Shown one piece after another: positions 45,347 through 55,026 of a DNA stretch of 64,000 nucleotides. The notes beneath the pieces are model-generated. The model was not told where the DNA came from and ran no database searches. It saw only the letters and a list, made by a program, of their open reading frames with translations. The stretch lies in NCBI GenBank assembly GCA_001816475.1, contig MHCC01000001.1, positions 12,622-76,621 on the forward strand. Direction: 5' to 3'. The stretch's first letter is position 1; every line of letters starts with the position of its first letter. The position numbers and the translations under genes were made by a program. The stretch is from Candidatus Blackburnbacteria bacterium RIFCSPLOWO2_01_FULL_40_20. GTDB taxonomy: Bacteria > Patescibacteriota > Microgenomatia > UBA8517 > UBA10165.

Positions 45347-45454
45347 CCCTTGTGCAATAGGATTGAATTATAGAAATTCCGCTTTTCTAAGACTTAATTA
45401 CTGTTCTTTGACGAGATGGGTTTACCTCTTCAAGCCTGATCCGATTCGGTCTGA

Positions 45455-45525
45455 GCCTCACAGTCGAAGACCTCAAAACCAAAGGCATGAGCGAAGCCGA
45501 AGGAAATCCTACCCGGGGAGCAAAT
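45455..45525 (+). repeat. ~65-nt repeat unit ending in the tRNA-Asn 3' end, copy 2
   Basis: GGTCTGAGCCTCACAGTCGAAGACC...GAGCGAAGCCGAAGGAAATCCTACCCGGGGAGCA. Shares the TCTGAGC...GTCGAAGA...GAGCGAAGC...AATCCTACCCGGGGAGC skeleton with copy 1. Confidence 0.6.
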
Positions 45526-45541
45526 TTAGTATAATCAACAT

Positions 45542-45847
45542 ATGTCTAAGAATCCTATTATCAATGCCCTTGGCGCGTCAGCTTACATAATCCTCATCGT
45601 CTCTGTTATGACCTTCGTGACACAACCTTTAAGGAACAAACCTGATACCTTTTTCGCCCCAATCACAGCATTATTTGTGCTCACTCTCTCTGTTACAGTA
45701 ATGGCATTCCTGTTTTTTTACCAACCCCTTCAGTTTTTTGTTGAAGGAAAGAAAAAAGAAGCGGTTAATTTGTTTGTTAAAACTGTGGGCACATTCGCAG
45801 TTATTACAGTTGTGGTTTTAATTCTGCTTTTTTCTGGTCTAATTTAG
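45542..45847 (+). CDS. small membrane protein (three TM)
   Basis: 101 aa, strongly hydrophobic. Confidence 0.45.
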   Translation: MSKNPIINALGASAYIILIVSVMTFVTQPLRNKPDTFFAPITALFVLTLSVTVMAFLFFYQPLQFFVEGKKKEAVNLFVKTVGTFAVITVVVLILLFSGLI

Positions 45848-45929
45848 TGTTAAAACAGTTTCTAAGACTCAACTCTCCAACTCCAAATTTTTAAAACACA
45901 ATCCCCTTCGTAATAAATTCCAGTATAAT

Positions 45930-46799
45930 TTGTACATGTTCTCAAAAATGCATAAGGGCACTATTGTTTTATCTCATTTTCAAGTAGCCTCTTTGTTGCA
46001 GTCCCAAAAAGAAGCAACTGTTTCAATATCTTTGGATTTAGGTTTAACTACAAGCAGGGTTCAGGTGGAGAATAGTGGAATTATCTTGCCTGATGGCCAA
46101 AGAATTAGTTGGAAGGATTTAGGAAAAATTTCCAAACATAAAAATAGATGTTACCTGGTTGAAAATAATACGGTTAGCCCGATTGTTGTCTATTCCGAGA
46201 AGACTGGCTGGGTTCGTACTCTTTACCCAACAAGTAGCGCTCCAACAACTTTAATTTCAGGAATACTAATGCACAGGATTAAAGATGTGGATCCAACAGA
46301 AGATACAGTAAGAAAAATTGGGACTCTTGGTTCTTTAAAAGGAGCTGTAGTTTTGGATACTGCCACAGGCTTGGGCTACACTGCAATTGAGGCTTCAAAA
46401 CAAGCAAACAAGGTTGTAACAGTAGAACTTGATCCTACAGCACTGGAGATTGCTCAACTTAATCCTTGGTCACAAAAACTTTTTAACAATCCTAAAATTA
46501 TTCAAATTGTTGGAGATATAGGAAAAGAAGTTAAAAAGTTTAAAAATGAGGATTTTACCCATATTGTCCATGACCCACCCACTTCAAGAATCACAGGAGA
46601 GCTTTATTCGGGAAATCTTTACAAAGAATTTTACAGAATATTAAAAAGTGGTGGAAAAATGTTCCATTATATAGGTGATCCCAACAGTGAACATGGTGCC
46701 CAAGTTACACCTGGTGTGATAAGAAGACTTCAAGAAGCAGGATTCCGCGATATTGAGAAAAGACCTGAAGCGTTTGGAGTAGTGGCTGTCAAATTTTGA
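45930..46799 (+). CDS. class I SAM-dependent methyltransferase (DPPx-motif, probable RNA/DNA base methyltransferase)
   Basis: SAM-binding motif I VLDTATGLGYTAIEAS. Motif IV-like HIVHDPPTS. N-terminal ~100-aa extra domain. Confidence 0.6.
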   Translation: MYMFSKMHKGTIVLSHFQVASLLQSQKEATVSISLDLGLTTSRVQVENSGIILPDGQRISWKDLGKISKHKNRCYLVENNTVSPIVVYSEKTGWVRTLYPTSSAPTTLISGILMHRIKDVDPTEDTVRKIGTLGSLKGAVVLDTATGLGYTAIEASKQANKVVTVELDPTALEIAQLNPWSQKLFNNPKIIQIVGDIGKEVKKFKNEDFTHIVHDPPTSRITGELYSGNLYKEFYRILKSGGKMFHYIGDPNSEHGAQVTPGVIRRLQEAGFRDIEKRPEAFGVVAVKF

Positions 46800-46811
46800 T
46801 ATACTGTCCTC

Positions 46812-47963
46812 GTGTTTCTTTTCGCACAAAATGCAAAAATTGTCTTTGTTTTTCTTTTTGTCTTCGTTGTTGGTTTAATCCAAACTACTCCAGTTTTTGC
46901 ACTTGAGGATAAAGAAAGCGGCACAAGCGGACAAATATCAACCCAAAAAGATGAAGTTTTAGAAGGAAACATAACCCAAATCCTGGAAGAAAAGCAAGTA
47001 ATTCCAATGGGTCAAACAGAATTCCAGCTCAATCAAAAACTTGAGGTTTTAGTAACAAAAGGCTCTCTAGAAAACAAAAAAATTGAGGTTCAAAGTGGAA
47101 ACTTGCCTGTTACCAATTTGCAAAAGTACAAAATTGGCGACGATGTAATCATAAACTTTAGCAAAGACTTTGAAGGAAAAGATAATTTTGTAATAACTGA
47201 TTATGTAAGGCGGAACTCTTTGGCGTTGTTGTTTGTGATTTTTGTAGCAGTAGCTGTAGTCATCGGTCGAATTCAAGGTGCAACTTCGCTTTTAGGAATG
47301 GGTATTTCATTCCTGGTGATTTTTGTATTTATTCTGCCAAGGATATCCTCGGGTGACGATCCTGTTTTAACTGCAATCATCGGCTCACTTGTTATAATCC
47401 CAACAACATTTTTCTTGTCACACGGTGTAAATAAAAAAACTGGTGTGGCAATGGCTGGAACATTTTTTGCACTTGCTGTTACAGGTTTGTTGGCTGCCGT
47501 TTTTGTTGAAGCTTCAAAACTTACCGGGTTTGGCTCTGAAGAGGCAAGTTTTTTGCAATCAATCAAACCAGGGTTTATCAACATCAAGGGTTTACTTTTG
47601 GCTGGAATGATAATTAGTGTTTTGGGAATTTTAGACGATGTCACAGTGTCTCAAGCATCCATTGTAGAACAACTTAAAAAGGCCAACCCGAAATTCAGCA
47701 CCCGAGAGCTTTATAGCAAAGCAATGGCTGTTGGAAAAGACCACATAGCCTCGGTTGTAAACACACTTGTATTGGTTTATACAGGCGCTTCCCTCCCCCT
47801 ACTGCTTTTATTTATTGATAATCCGCAACCTTTTTCTCAAGTTGTAAACTACGAAATGATTGCTGACGAGATTGTTAAAACACTTGTTGGTAGTATTGGG
47901 TTAATGTTGGCTGTCCCCATTACAACCCTAATTGCCTCAATTATGTCCGAAAGAAACGCTTAA
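46812..47963 (+). CDS. YibE/F-family membrane protein
   Basis: N-terminal signal/TM plus periplasmic domain, then a multi-TM block with the Gly-rich pattern of the YibE/F family. Confidence 0.6.
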   Translation: MFLFAQNAKIVFVFLFVFVVGLIQTTPVFALEDKESGTSGQISTQKDEVLEGNITQILEEKQVIPMGQTEFQLNQKLEVLVTKGSLENKKIEVQSGNLPVTNLQKYKIGDDVIINFSKDFEGKDNFVITDYVRRNSLALLFVIFVAVAVVIGRIQGATSLLGMGISFLVIFVFILPRISSGDDPVLTAIIGSLVIIPTTFFLSHGVNKKTGVAMAGTFFALAVTGLLAAVFVEASKLTGFGSEEASFLQSIKPGFINIKGLLLAGMIISVLGILDDVTVSQASIVEQLKKANPKFSTRELYSKAMAVGKDHIASVVNTLVLVYTGASLPLLLLFIDNPQPFSQVVNYEMIADEIVKTLVGSIGLMLAVPITTLIASIMSERNA

Positions 47964-48731
47964 TTATCTGGAGCTCTTTTTGACGAAGCCTTCAAACGCT
48001 CTCAATATCTCAAGTGGGGTTACGAACACTACGGTGTTATTTTTGTCTGCTGACAATTCAGAAAGTGTTTGAAGTGTCCTTAAGTGCAAACCCCCTGTTG
48101 TTTTTGTCAATTTTTCTGCCGCTGTTGCAATGTTTTCAGCAGCCGCCTTTTCACCTTCTGCTCGAATCACAATTGCCCTTCTTTCCCGCTCAGCTTCAGC
48201 TTGGCGAGCAATAACCCTCTTCATCTCGTCAGGTAAAATAATATCTTTTAGCTCTACTGCCTCAACCTTTACTCCCCAAGGATACGTTGCTTTGTCAATT
48301 ATATGTTGTATCTTGTCTGCAACATCATTTCTTTTTGATAACAAATCATCAAGCGAGGTTTCTCCAATAACATTCCTCATTGTTGTTTGGGCAAGTTGGG
48401 AAACCGCGTAGTAAAAGTTTTCAACCTCCAAAACCGCCTTTTGTGCAACACTAATTCGGTAATAAATCACAGCATTCACCCGAGCAGAAACGTTGTCTTT
48501 TGTAATTGCCTCTTGGTCTGGCACATCAACCGCCTTAACTCTGATATCAATCCTTTGCCAGTTTTCAATAATCGGCCAAACTATTCTCCAACCAGGCACC
48601 ATCTCGTCTTTATATTTCCCAAAACGAAAACGTACCCCACGTTCAAATTGATTGACCTGTTTGATTGAGATAAGAACAATAAACAAAAAGACAATAAGTG
48701 CAATTCCTGTGAAACTAAACAAAAATTCCAT
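47964..48731 (-). CDS. SPFH/band-7 (stomatin-prohibitin-like) membrane protein
   Basis: N-terminal TM helix followed by ...FERGVRFRFGKY...IDIRV...ITKDNVSARVNAVIYYRI... and a coiled-coil Ala/Glu-rich segment. Confidence 0.8.
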   Translation of the reverse strand: MEFLFSFTGIALIVFLFIVLISIKQVNQFERGVRFRFGKYKDEMVPGWRIVWPIIENWQRIDIRVKAVDVPDQEAITKDNVSARVNAVIYYRISVAQKAVLEVENFYYAVSQLAQTTMRNVIGETSLDDLLSKRNDVADKIQHIIDKATYPWGVKVEAVELKDIILPDEMKRVIARQAEAERERRAIVIRAEGEKAAAENIATAAEKLTKTTGGLHLRTLQTLSELSADKNNTVVFVTPLEILRAFEGFVKKSSR

Positions 48732-48793
48732 TTGAACTGATTTTACACCAATACAGTACCTTTGTCCAAATTGTTGTGGTAAACTAAAACGGA

Positions 48794-49162
48794 ATGGCTA
48801 TTGTTAACAATATTGACCAGAAAGTAAGAGAAAATACAGACTTTCGTCAAGTGCTTGAAACAGGCGCAAATACTCAAGTAGTGATTATGAGTATTCCTCA
48901 AAATGGCGAAATTGGAGAAGAAGTCCACGCCGACAATGATCAAGTTTTGCACTTGGTCGAAGGATTGGGAAAAGTCGTTTTAAACGGAGAAGAACAGCCT
49001 TGGGAAAAAGGTGATTTAGTTTTAGTTCCAGCAGGCACAAAACACAATTTTATCAACACAGGCTCTCAAGATTTGAAAATTATCACAACGTACTCTCCCC
49101 CACACCACCCCCAAGGTACAATCCACAAAACCAAAGAAGAAGCAGAAAAAGCAAACTACTAG
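48794..49162 (+). CDS. cupin-domain protein
   Basis: G(X)5HXH-like EVHADNDQVLHLVEGLG ... PAGTKHNF two-motif cupin signature. Confidence 0.7.
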   Translation: MAIVNNIDQKVRENTDFRQVLETGANTQVVIMSIPQNGEIGEEVHADNDQVLHLVEGLGKVVLNGEEQPWEKGDLVLVPAGTKHNFINTGSQDLKIITTYSPPHHPQGTIHKTKEEAEKANY

Positions 49163-49562
49163 CTTTTCTCCATTGTCCTGTAATATTGACTTTTTATCGT
49201 TAAAATGCTACATTTAGTGTCGCACCTTCAAAATTTTAACTTTTGTGGATAGTTTTTTGGGTGTTTGCAAACAATGCTCAAATAACTATCCAGCAAGGGT
49301 AGTACTTAAGATTGAAGATTTGAAATACTATGAAAATGTTTGGGGTACAACGTTGACACGAAAGAATTACTTAAACTTAATACTTAAGTTTTGCACAATA
49401 ATTTCTTCTATAATATTGATTTTTACAAACATGGCAAACTGTGCTATACTACATTAGTCAATTAATTTTGACAAGAAAAGGATTCTCCATTAACACAAAG
49501 ACACTAGTAAGTTTAACCTCTGCCTGTTTTGAAAATATTTCTATCCTTACCACTATTAATTC

Positions 49563-49808
49563 ATGAGCAATCCTTGTACACGATGTGGAAATGAACGTAT
49601 TGTTTCAAAAACCTGGCAACAGGTTATTGAATCCTACGGGAGAACCTCAACCGTTATACACACTGAGTATGTATGTATTGACTCTAAATGCCAAAAAATT
49701 GTCGAACAACAACTTGTCGCTCAAAAAGAAAAGCGTGAATCAATAGAAAACCAAAGAAAAATTGACAAGGAAAATAGAGCAAAACACGCAGCGGCTGCAA
49801 GAAGATAA
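49563..49808 (+). CDS. small Cys-containing hypothetical protein
   Basis: CTRCGN...C...C pattern suggests a zinc ribbon; Lys/Arg-rich tail. Confidence 0.4.
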   Translation: MSNPCTRCGNERIVSKTWQQVIESYGRTSTVIHTEYVCIDSKCQKIVEQQLVAQKEKRESIENQRKIDKENRAKHAAAARR

Positions 49809-49812
49809 CACA

Positions 49813-50091
49813 TCACTTTGTTTTAATCGGCTTAATTCCTCCGTGATTAACAACAACTGCCGGTCTTCCATGAACCAAGGCGATTCTACCAATTCTTAAG
49901 TTTTCTCCTTCTTTTTTGCAATTGGGACAATAAACATCTGTGCCGTTTGACAATCCCGAAACACCAATATAATCAATCCCTATCTCGTCAATGTAGCACT
50001 TCATCAAATTCCCAGCCTTTACCTTTCTATATTTTTCAAACAACAAGTGTCCTTTTTTACATTCAACGTCGATAATTTTTTGTTTGGCCAT
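49813..50091 (-). CDS. small zinc-ribbon-like protein downstream of dnaN
   Basis: Using the internal start MAKQKIIDVECKKGH...CPNCKKEG. The longer listed ORF would overlap dnaN. Confidence 0.4.
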   Translation of the reverse strand: MAKQKIIDVECKKGHLLFEKYRKVKAGNLMKCYIDEIGIDYIGVSGLSNGTDVYCPNCKKEGENLRIGRIALVHGRPAVVVNHGGIKPIKTK

Positions 50092-50095
50092 AGCA

Positions 50096-51202
50096 CTATT
50101 GAACCCTAATAGGCATGATAAGGTGGAGATATGATTCGTCTGTTGAATCTTTAAAAACTCCCGAGGCTGTTGAGCCGTTTGTTGAAAACACAATTTCACT
50201 CCCCGTGGCACTATTTAAAAACTCAAGTAAATACTTATAATTGAAAGCAGTCTCCACTTCCCCACCTTCCACCTTTGCGTCCAGTGAGGCTTCTTGACAC
50301 CCAAAACTCGGGTTTTCCGTAAATACAGTTAATTTATCCTTCTCAATCTTGAGCCGAACAACACCTGACGATTCCCGGGCAATAACCGAGGTAATCTTAA
50401 CAGCCCGCACCAAATCGTCTTTTGAAAATCGGGCGGTGATTGTTGTGCTTTTAGGAATAATCCTTTTATAATCGGGAAAATCTCCTTCTATTAAGCGTCC
50501 TGTTAAGGTTGCAGTGGATGTTGTAAAAATTAACTGTTTCTCCCCGTCAAGAACTGAGACCCCTATTTCTTCTTCCGAGTTTGAAATCAACTTCGCAACT
50601 TCTTCGATCAGCCTTGCAGGCATCAAAACAGTTTGATCCATATCTATTTTTTTATTTTTTTGAATATCCTTGCAAGAAAGTCTAAACCCGTCTGTTGAAA
50701 CCGCACGCAAGCCATCTTGATTAATTGAAAATAAAACACCACTCAAAATCGGCCGAGAGTCGTCTCTCGACGCCGAAAACACAACTTGCTTATTAATGGT
50801 ATCTAAAATCTCCTTGTTGATTGTAAAATCGATCTTTTCTGCGGTTTCTGGAACCTCTGGAAATTCACTTGCTGAAATTCCACTAAGGTTGGCTGATGAA
50901 GAGTTGGAAGTAACCGTCAATTGCCCTTTGTCTGCTTTTAGCCTTACTTTACCTGCTGGCAAGTTAGACATGAGTTCGCTAATCACTTTTGAGGGTATTG
51001 TTATTGCGCCTTCTTCTTCTATTTTTGCTCCAAGTTTATATGAAATTCCCATCTCGAGGTTTGTTGCTGCAAGTCTAAGTGTGTTTTTATCAGCTACTAT
51101 TAATATGTTGGATAAAATTGGAAGTTGTACTCGTGTTGATACAAAACGAGAAACGCTCATTAACCCTTTTAGAATGTCTTCTTGAAGTACAACAACTTCC
51201 AT
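50096..51202 (-). CDS. dnaN: DNA polymerase III beta sliding clamp
   Basis: 368 aa, three-domain beta-clamp pattern (MEVVVLQEDILKGLMSVSRFVS...LPILSNILI...). Immediately downstream of dnaA. Confidence 0.9.
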   Translation of the reverse strand: MEVVVLQEDILKGLMSVSRFVSTRVQLPILSNILIVADKNTLRLAATNLEMGISYKLGAKIEEEGAITIPSKVISELMSNLPAGKVRLKADKGQLTVTSNSSSANLSGISASEFPEVPETAEKIDFTINKEILDTINKQVVFSASRDDSRPILSGVLFSINQDGLRAVSTDGFRLSCKDIQKNKKIDMDQTVLMPARLIEEVAKLISNSEEEIGVSVLDGEKQLIFTTSTATLTGRLIEGDFPDYKRIIPKSTTITARFSKDDLVRAVKITSVIARESSGVVRLKIEKDKLTVFTENPSFGCQEASLDAKVEGGEVETAFNYKYLLEFLNSATGSEIVFSTNGSTASGVFKDSTDESYLHLIMPIRVQ

Positions 51203-51421
51203 TAGAGTGAGTATACGTTCAAATTAAAAGCAGTGCAAGCTTTGTATTTTAAGGTGTGGAAATCTTCGTTTTCTTTTAATATTAATATATTGATGTTGTT
51301 GTAGAACTGGTGGATAAGTGTAAAACATGCTTAAAAAGGTAATTTTAATGTGGAAAACAAAGCTACTATTTTTCTTGATAATTTTGTTGATTAATTTGTA
51401 CACGTTGTGGAAAAGAAAATA
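51203..51421. promoter_or_regulatory. AT-rich DnaA-box cluster (oriC candidate) between dnaA and dnaN
   Basis: TGTGGAAAT (51255), CACTTATCCACC on the opposite strand (51309-51318), TGTGGAAAA (51349) and TGTGGAAAA (51405). All are TTWTCCACA-type boxes within 220 bp of >70% AT. Confidence 0.55.
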
Positions 51422-52816
51422 CTAGACGGAAAGTTGTCCAGAAACTGATTGTTTTATCCCCAAAAGATCTCGCTTTAGTGCGTTATCTGTTGATATTCTT
51501 GTTGATATCTTTCCTACTGCGTGCATAACCGTTGTGTGGTCTCGTCCGCCGATCAGTCTTCCAACTTCTTGTAGTGGTAGGCCAAATTCAATTCTTAATA
51601 AGTACATTAAAATTTGTCGAGGATAAGCAACTGGTCGGACTCGGGAGTCACTTAACAGTTTTCTTCGGCTTATTGAATAGTATTCTGCAACAGCATCAAT
51701 AACTGCCTGTGGTAAAATTGCTTTTGGGTTAAGATTGGTACTTTCCCTTTTAGGAGAAGTCTTGCCTAATATTTTTTCTGTTAATTCCATGGTAATTGGT
51801 TCATTTCTTCCTTTTGCTTCAGTCATCAATCTTGTCAAAAAACCTTCTATCCTCCTTGCGTTGTCAAAATTTGCTCCGATTGTTTGAGCAATTTCCATTG
51901 GTAGTTCAATACCTCTTTCTTGTGCTTTAATAAGAGTAATTGCTGATAGAAGTTCAAAATCAGGTGGAGAAATATCAATTATTAAACCCGCTTCAAATCT
52001 ACTTCTCAATCTATCCTCAAGTTTTTCAATCTCAGTCGGTGGTCTGTCGGACGTTAAAACAACTTGTCCACCTTCTCTTAGTAGTGCGTTAAACGAGTGG
52101 AAGAACTCTTCCTGCACTTTTTCCTTACCTGCGATAAACTGAACATCGTCCAAAAGTAGCAACTTTAGTTTTCTATACCTTTTTTTGAACTCGTCAGTGT
52201 TTTTGTTTTTAATAGCCTCAACTATTTCGGTTGTAAATTCTTCACCTGTGGAGTATAGAACCTGCAATGTCGGATCAACTAATAATAGTTTATGGGCGAT
52301 GGCCAACATCAAATGAGTCTTGCCTATACCCACTCCTCCCCACAAAAACAGTGGGTTGTATGCTTTACCTAAATCTTTTGAGACAGCCTCAGCTGCCGCC
52401 CAAGCCATTTGGTTTGAAGAGGAAACTGCGAAGTTTTCAAAAGTAAATCCTGGTCTGATCCTGTGCCTCTTAAGGACGTCGTTTATATTGCTTTGCTCTT
52501 CGAAAGATTGAGAAAACAATGAGTTTTCCTGAACCTGTTTTTTTTCTGTGGCAGGATTTTGTTTTACTGTAAAAGTGATATCGTTTTTGTAACCCGTTGT
52601 TCGGTTTAGTGAGTCAAGGATTAACCCAAAATATCTTTTCTCAATAGTGTCGGCAATAAAAGAAGAAGGACATCCTATTTCAATTAATTGTCTACCGTTG
52701 TCCAGCTCTCGTGTCGAGGTAATGAAGGTTTGGGAAAGCCAAGTTGAATAGTTACCAGAAGACACAGAGACTTTTAGTGTCGATAGTACTTCTTGCCAAA
52801 TTTTATTTTTGTCCAT
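51422..52816 (-). CDS. dnaA: chromosomal replication initiator protein DnaA
   Basis: AAA+ Walker A GGVGIGKTHL, box VII, and a C-terminal DNA-binding helix-turn-helix. Confidence 0.9.
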   Translation of the reverse strand: MDKNKIWQEVLSTLKVSVSSGNYSTWLSQTFITSTRELDNGRQLIEIGCPSSFIADTIEKRYFGLILDSLNRTTGYKNDITFTVKQNPATEKKQVQENSLFSQSFEEQSNINDVLKRHRIRPGFTFENFAVSSSNQMAWAAAEAVSKDLGKAYNPLFLWGGVGIGKTHLMLAIAHKLLLVDPTLQVLYSTGEEFTTEIVEAIKNKNTDEFKKRYRKLKLLLLDDVQFIAGKEKVQEEFFHSFNALLREGGQVVLTSDRPPTEIEKLEDRLRSRFEAGLIIDISPPDFELLSAITLIKAQERGIELPMEIAQTIGANFDNARRIEGFLTRLMTEAKGRNEPITMELTEKILGKTSPKRESTNLNPKAILPQAVIDAVAEYYSISRRKLLSDSRVRPVAYPRQILMYLLRIEFGLPLQEVGRLIGGRDHTTVMHAVGKISTRISTDNALKRDLLGIKQSVSGQLSV

Positions 52817-52996
52817 GAATGTGGCTAATCATAATGAGTTATCCACAATTGCGTCAACCCCGAAAAATGCCGAACGGTGAATTGTAAAGTTACTTGGTTA
52901 ATAAGCTACTGAGTTACTAAGATTGTGAAATACAAAATAATGATAGTTTGCAGAAAGCAGAAAAATTTAGTACACTTATACCAACAATTAACAACA
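52817..52996. promoter_or_regulatory. dnaA upstream region with consensus DnaA box TTATCCACA (52838-52846)
   Basis: Perfect nonamer in the rpmH-dnaA divergent intergenic region. Confidence 0.45.
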
Positions 52997-53134
52997 ATGC
53001 CAAAAAGAACTTACCAGCCAAGTAAAAGAAAAAGAGTTAGAAAATATGGGTTTATGGCCAGGAATGGTAGTGCATCCGGTCGTAAAGTTTTGAAACGAAG
53101 GATTGCCAAAGGTAGAGCCAAATTGACAATCTAA
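52997..53134 (+). CDS. rpmH: 50S ribosomal protein L34
   Basis: [45 protein letters not shown]. The listed ORF starts at an upstream in-frame Met that is unlikely to be used. Confidence 0.85.
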   Translation: MPKRTYQPSKRKRVRKYGFMARNGSASGRKVLKRRIAKGRAKLTI

Positions 53135-53135
53135 A

Positions 53136-53477
53136 TTGATGCTTCGTAAAGAAAACAGGTTAACCAAGAGAGTAGATTTCCAAAAAGTCTTAAAGCAAGG
53201 AAAAATGGTTCAAGGAAGACTGTTTAGTCTTTCTTTTTTGAAATCCCCAGAAGACTTTCAACCCAAGTTTGGGATTATTGTTTCAAACAAGATTTCCAAA
53301 AGGGCTGTTGCCAGAAACAGGATAAGGAGGCTACTTCGCGAAGCAATTAGAAAAAGTTTAGTGCGCGCGCCTCGCGGATCAATATTTGTGCTTTTAACGA
53401 AAAAGAGTGCACTGGAGGCAAAAAGCAACCAAGTTGAAGATGATTTAAAATATATGTTCAGTAAATGTGGAATATGA
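53136..53477 (+). CDS. rnpA: ribonuclease P protein component
   Basis: Basic 113-aa protein, ...[11 protein letters not shown]-like motif; canonical position after rpmH. Confidence 0.8.
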   Translation: MMLRKENRLTKRVDFQKVLKQGKMVQGRLFSLSFLKSPEDFQPKFGIIVSNKISKRAVARNRIRRLLREAIRKSLVRAPRGSIFVLLTKKSALEAKSNQVEDDLKYMFSKCGI

Positions 53478-53728
53478 GAAAAACTTTTGCAAATCTAATA
53501 AAAATTTACCAAAACTTTTTTTCTTTTGACCGAGGCTTGGGATTCTTTTTACCGTTTGGATCAGGAAGAACAAACTCTGGAAGTGTTTGCCGATTTTACC
53601 CCACTTGCTCAGAATACACAAAGCAATCTGTTGGAAAATATGGAATAATTGTAGGATCTGTTAAAGGATTACTAAGAATCTTAAGGTGTAATCCATTGTT
53701 TATTGGAGGATTTGACCCAGTAAAATAA
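53465..53728 (+). CDS. yidD: membrane protein insertion efficiency factor YidD
   Basis: [10 protein letters not shown]...GGFDPV signature. Confidence 0.8.
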   Translation: MWNMRKTFANLIKIYQNFFSFDRGLGFFLPFGSGRTNSGSVCRFYPTCSEYTKQSVGKYGIIVGSVKGLLRILRCNPLFIGGFDPVK

Positions 53729-53734
53729 AATACT

Positions 53735-54556
53735 ATGAATTTTTGGGAAACACTTTTTATTCAACCATTAGTCAACGGACTCCTTGTTTTTAATGGAGTT
53801 TTTGGAAATTTGGGAGTTGCAATTATCGCGCTAACAGCTTTTATCCGAATTATTCTTCTTCCAGTTACTCTACCTTCCATGAGAGCAATGCAGAAAATGA
53901 AAGATTTGTCGCCAGAAATTGCAAAACTCAAGCAAAAACACAAAGATGATAAGGCGCGACTAATGCAAGCACAAGCTGATTTGTACAAAAGCAAAGGTGT
54001 TAATCCAGCCGCCGGATGTTTGCCGCAAATTGTTCAGCTTATTATACTTTTTGCCTTAGTTGGAGTTTTTAACCTTTTTGCAACCGGAAATCCGATCGAA
54101 AACGTAAACAAATTTGCCTACCCTGCCTTACGGTTAACAGATGGTCTAAATACTCAGTTTTTATACCTTGATCTAACAAAGCCTGATGTTTTCAGAATTC
54201 CTGAAATTCCCCTGCCAATTCCTGGCATTTTCCTAATTACAGCCGCTCTTACACAATTACTATCATCAAAAATGCTCATGCCCGCTGTTGAAGTTGAAGA
54301 AAAAGAAGCAAAAAAAACAAAAGAAAAAACAGACGACATGATGGCTTCCATGCAAAAACAAATGCTTTACCTTTTTCCCTTAATGACAATATTTATCGGA
54401 TTTCAATTTGCATCAGGTTTAGTACTTTACTGGCTTGTTTTGTCAGGATTCCAAATGATTCAACAATATGCTATTTCTGGGTGGGGAGGACTCGTTTCGT
54501 GGCGAAACGGGCTCGCCTCTTGGCTAAATAAGCTTAATCTGGTAAAATCAAACTAA
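53735..54556 (+). CDS. yidC: YidC/Oxa1-family membrane protein insertase (short form)
   Basis: Five-TM core with the conserved hydrophilic groove region; canonical gene order rnpA-yidD-yidC. Confidence 0.85.
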   Translation: MNFWETLFIQPLVNGLLVFNGVFGNLGVAIIALTAFIRIILLPVTLPSMRAMQKMKDLSPEIAKLKQKHKDDKARLMQAQADLYKSKGVNPAAGCLPQIVQLIILFALVGVFNLFATGNPIENVNKFAYPALRLTDGLNTQFLYLDLTKPDVFRIPEIPLPIPGIFLITAALTQLLSSKMLMPAVEVEEKEAKKTKEKTDDMMASMQKQMLYLFPLMTIFIGFQFASGLVLYWLVLSGFQMIQQYAISGWGGLVSWRNGLASWLNKLNLVKSN

Positions 54557-54557
54557 T

Positions 54558-55016
54558 ATGGCAAAAGAAGAGTTTGTAAACATTACAAAAGAAGTTGTTG
54601 AACAGCTTTTATCCTTGATGGGAATCGAGGCAAAAATTTCGGTTTCCGAGGAGGAAGAAAATATATTGGTCAATATTGAAACTGAGGACACAGGAATTTT
54701 AATTGGCAAACACGGCGAGACGCTAGAGGCTCTGCAATTCATTCTTGGTGTTGTTTTGCAAAAGCGAACTGGCGAGTGGAAAAGAGTTGCTGTTGACACA
54801 GGTGGATACCGCGACAAACAAAGTGAATCACTCCAAAGATTAGCAACGGAAACTGCCGCCAAAGTTAAAGAATCAGGACAACCCCATTCCCTTTTTGATC
54901 TTTCGCCCAATCAACGAAGAATAGTTCACACAATTTTGTCTGATGACCCCGGTGTTGTGACAGAATCTGAAGGTGAAGGTCGAGAAAGACACTTGGTGGT
55001 GAAACCTCGAGAGTAA
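54558..55016 (+). CDS. Jag/KhpB-like RNA-binding protein (KH + R3H)
   Basis: C-terminal R3H-like ...LSPNQRRIVHTIL... and position after yidC. Confidence 0.7.
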   Translation: MAKEEFVNITKEVVEQLLSLMGIEAKISVSEEEENILVNIETEDTGILIGKHGETLEALQFILGVVLQKRTGEWKRVAVDTGGYRDKQSESLQRLATETAAKVKESGQPHSLFDLSPNQRRIVHTILSDDPGVVTESEGEGRERHLVVKPRE

Positions 55017-55026
55017 CCCCCTTTTC

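Noticed and set aside
52925-52996. Upstream extension of the rpmH ORF ([24 protein letters not shown])
   Set aside because: L34 is universally ~45 aa beginning MKRT/MPKRT; the extension lies in the DnaA-box region and is not expected to be translated.
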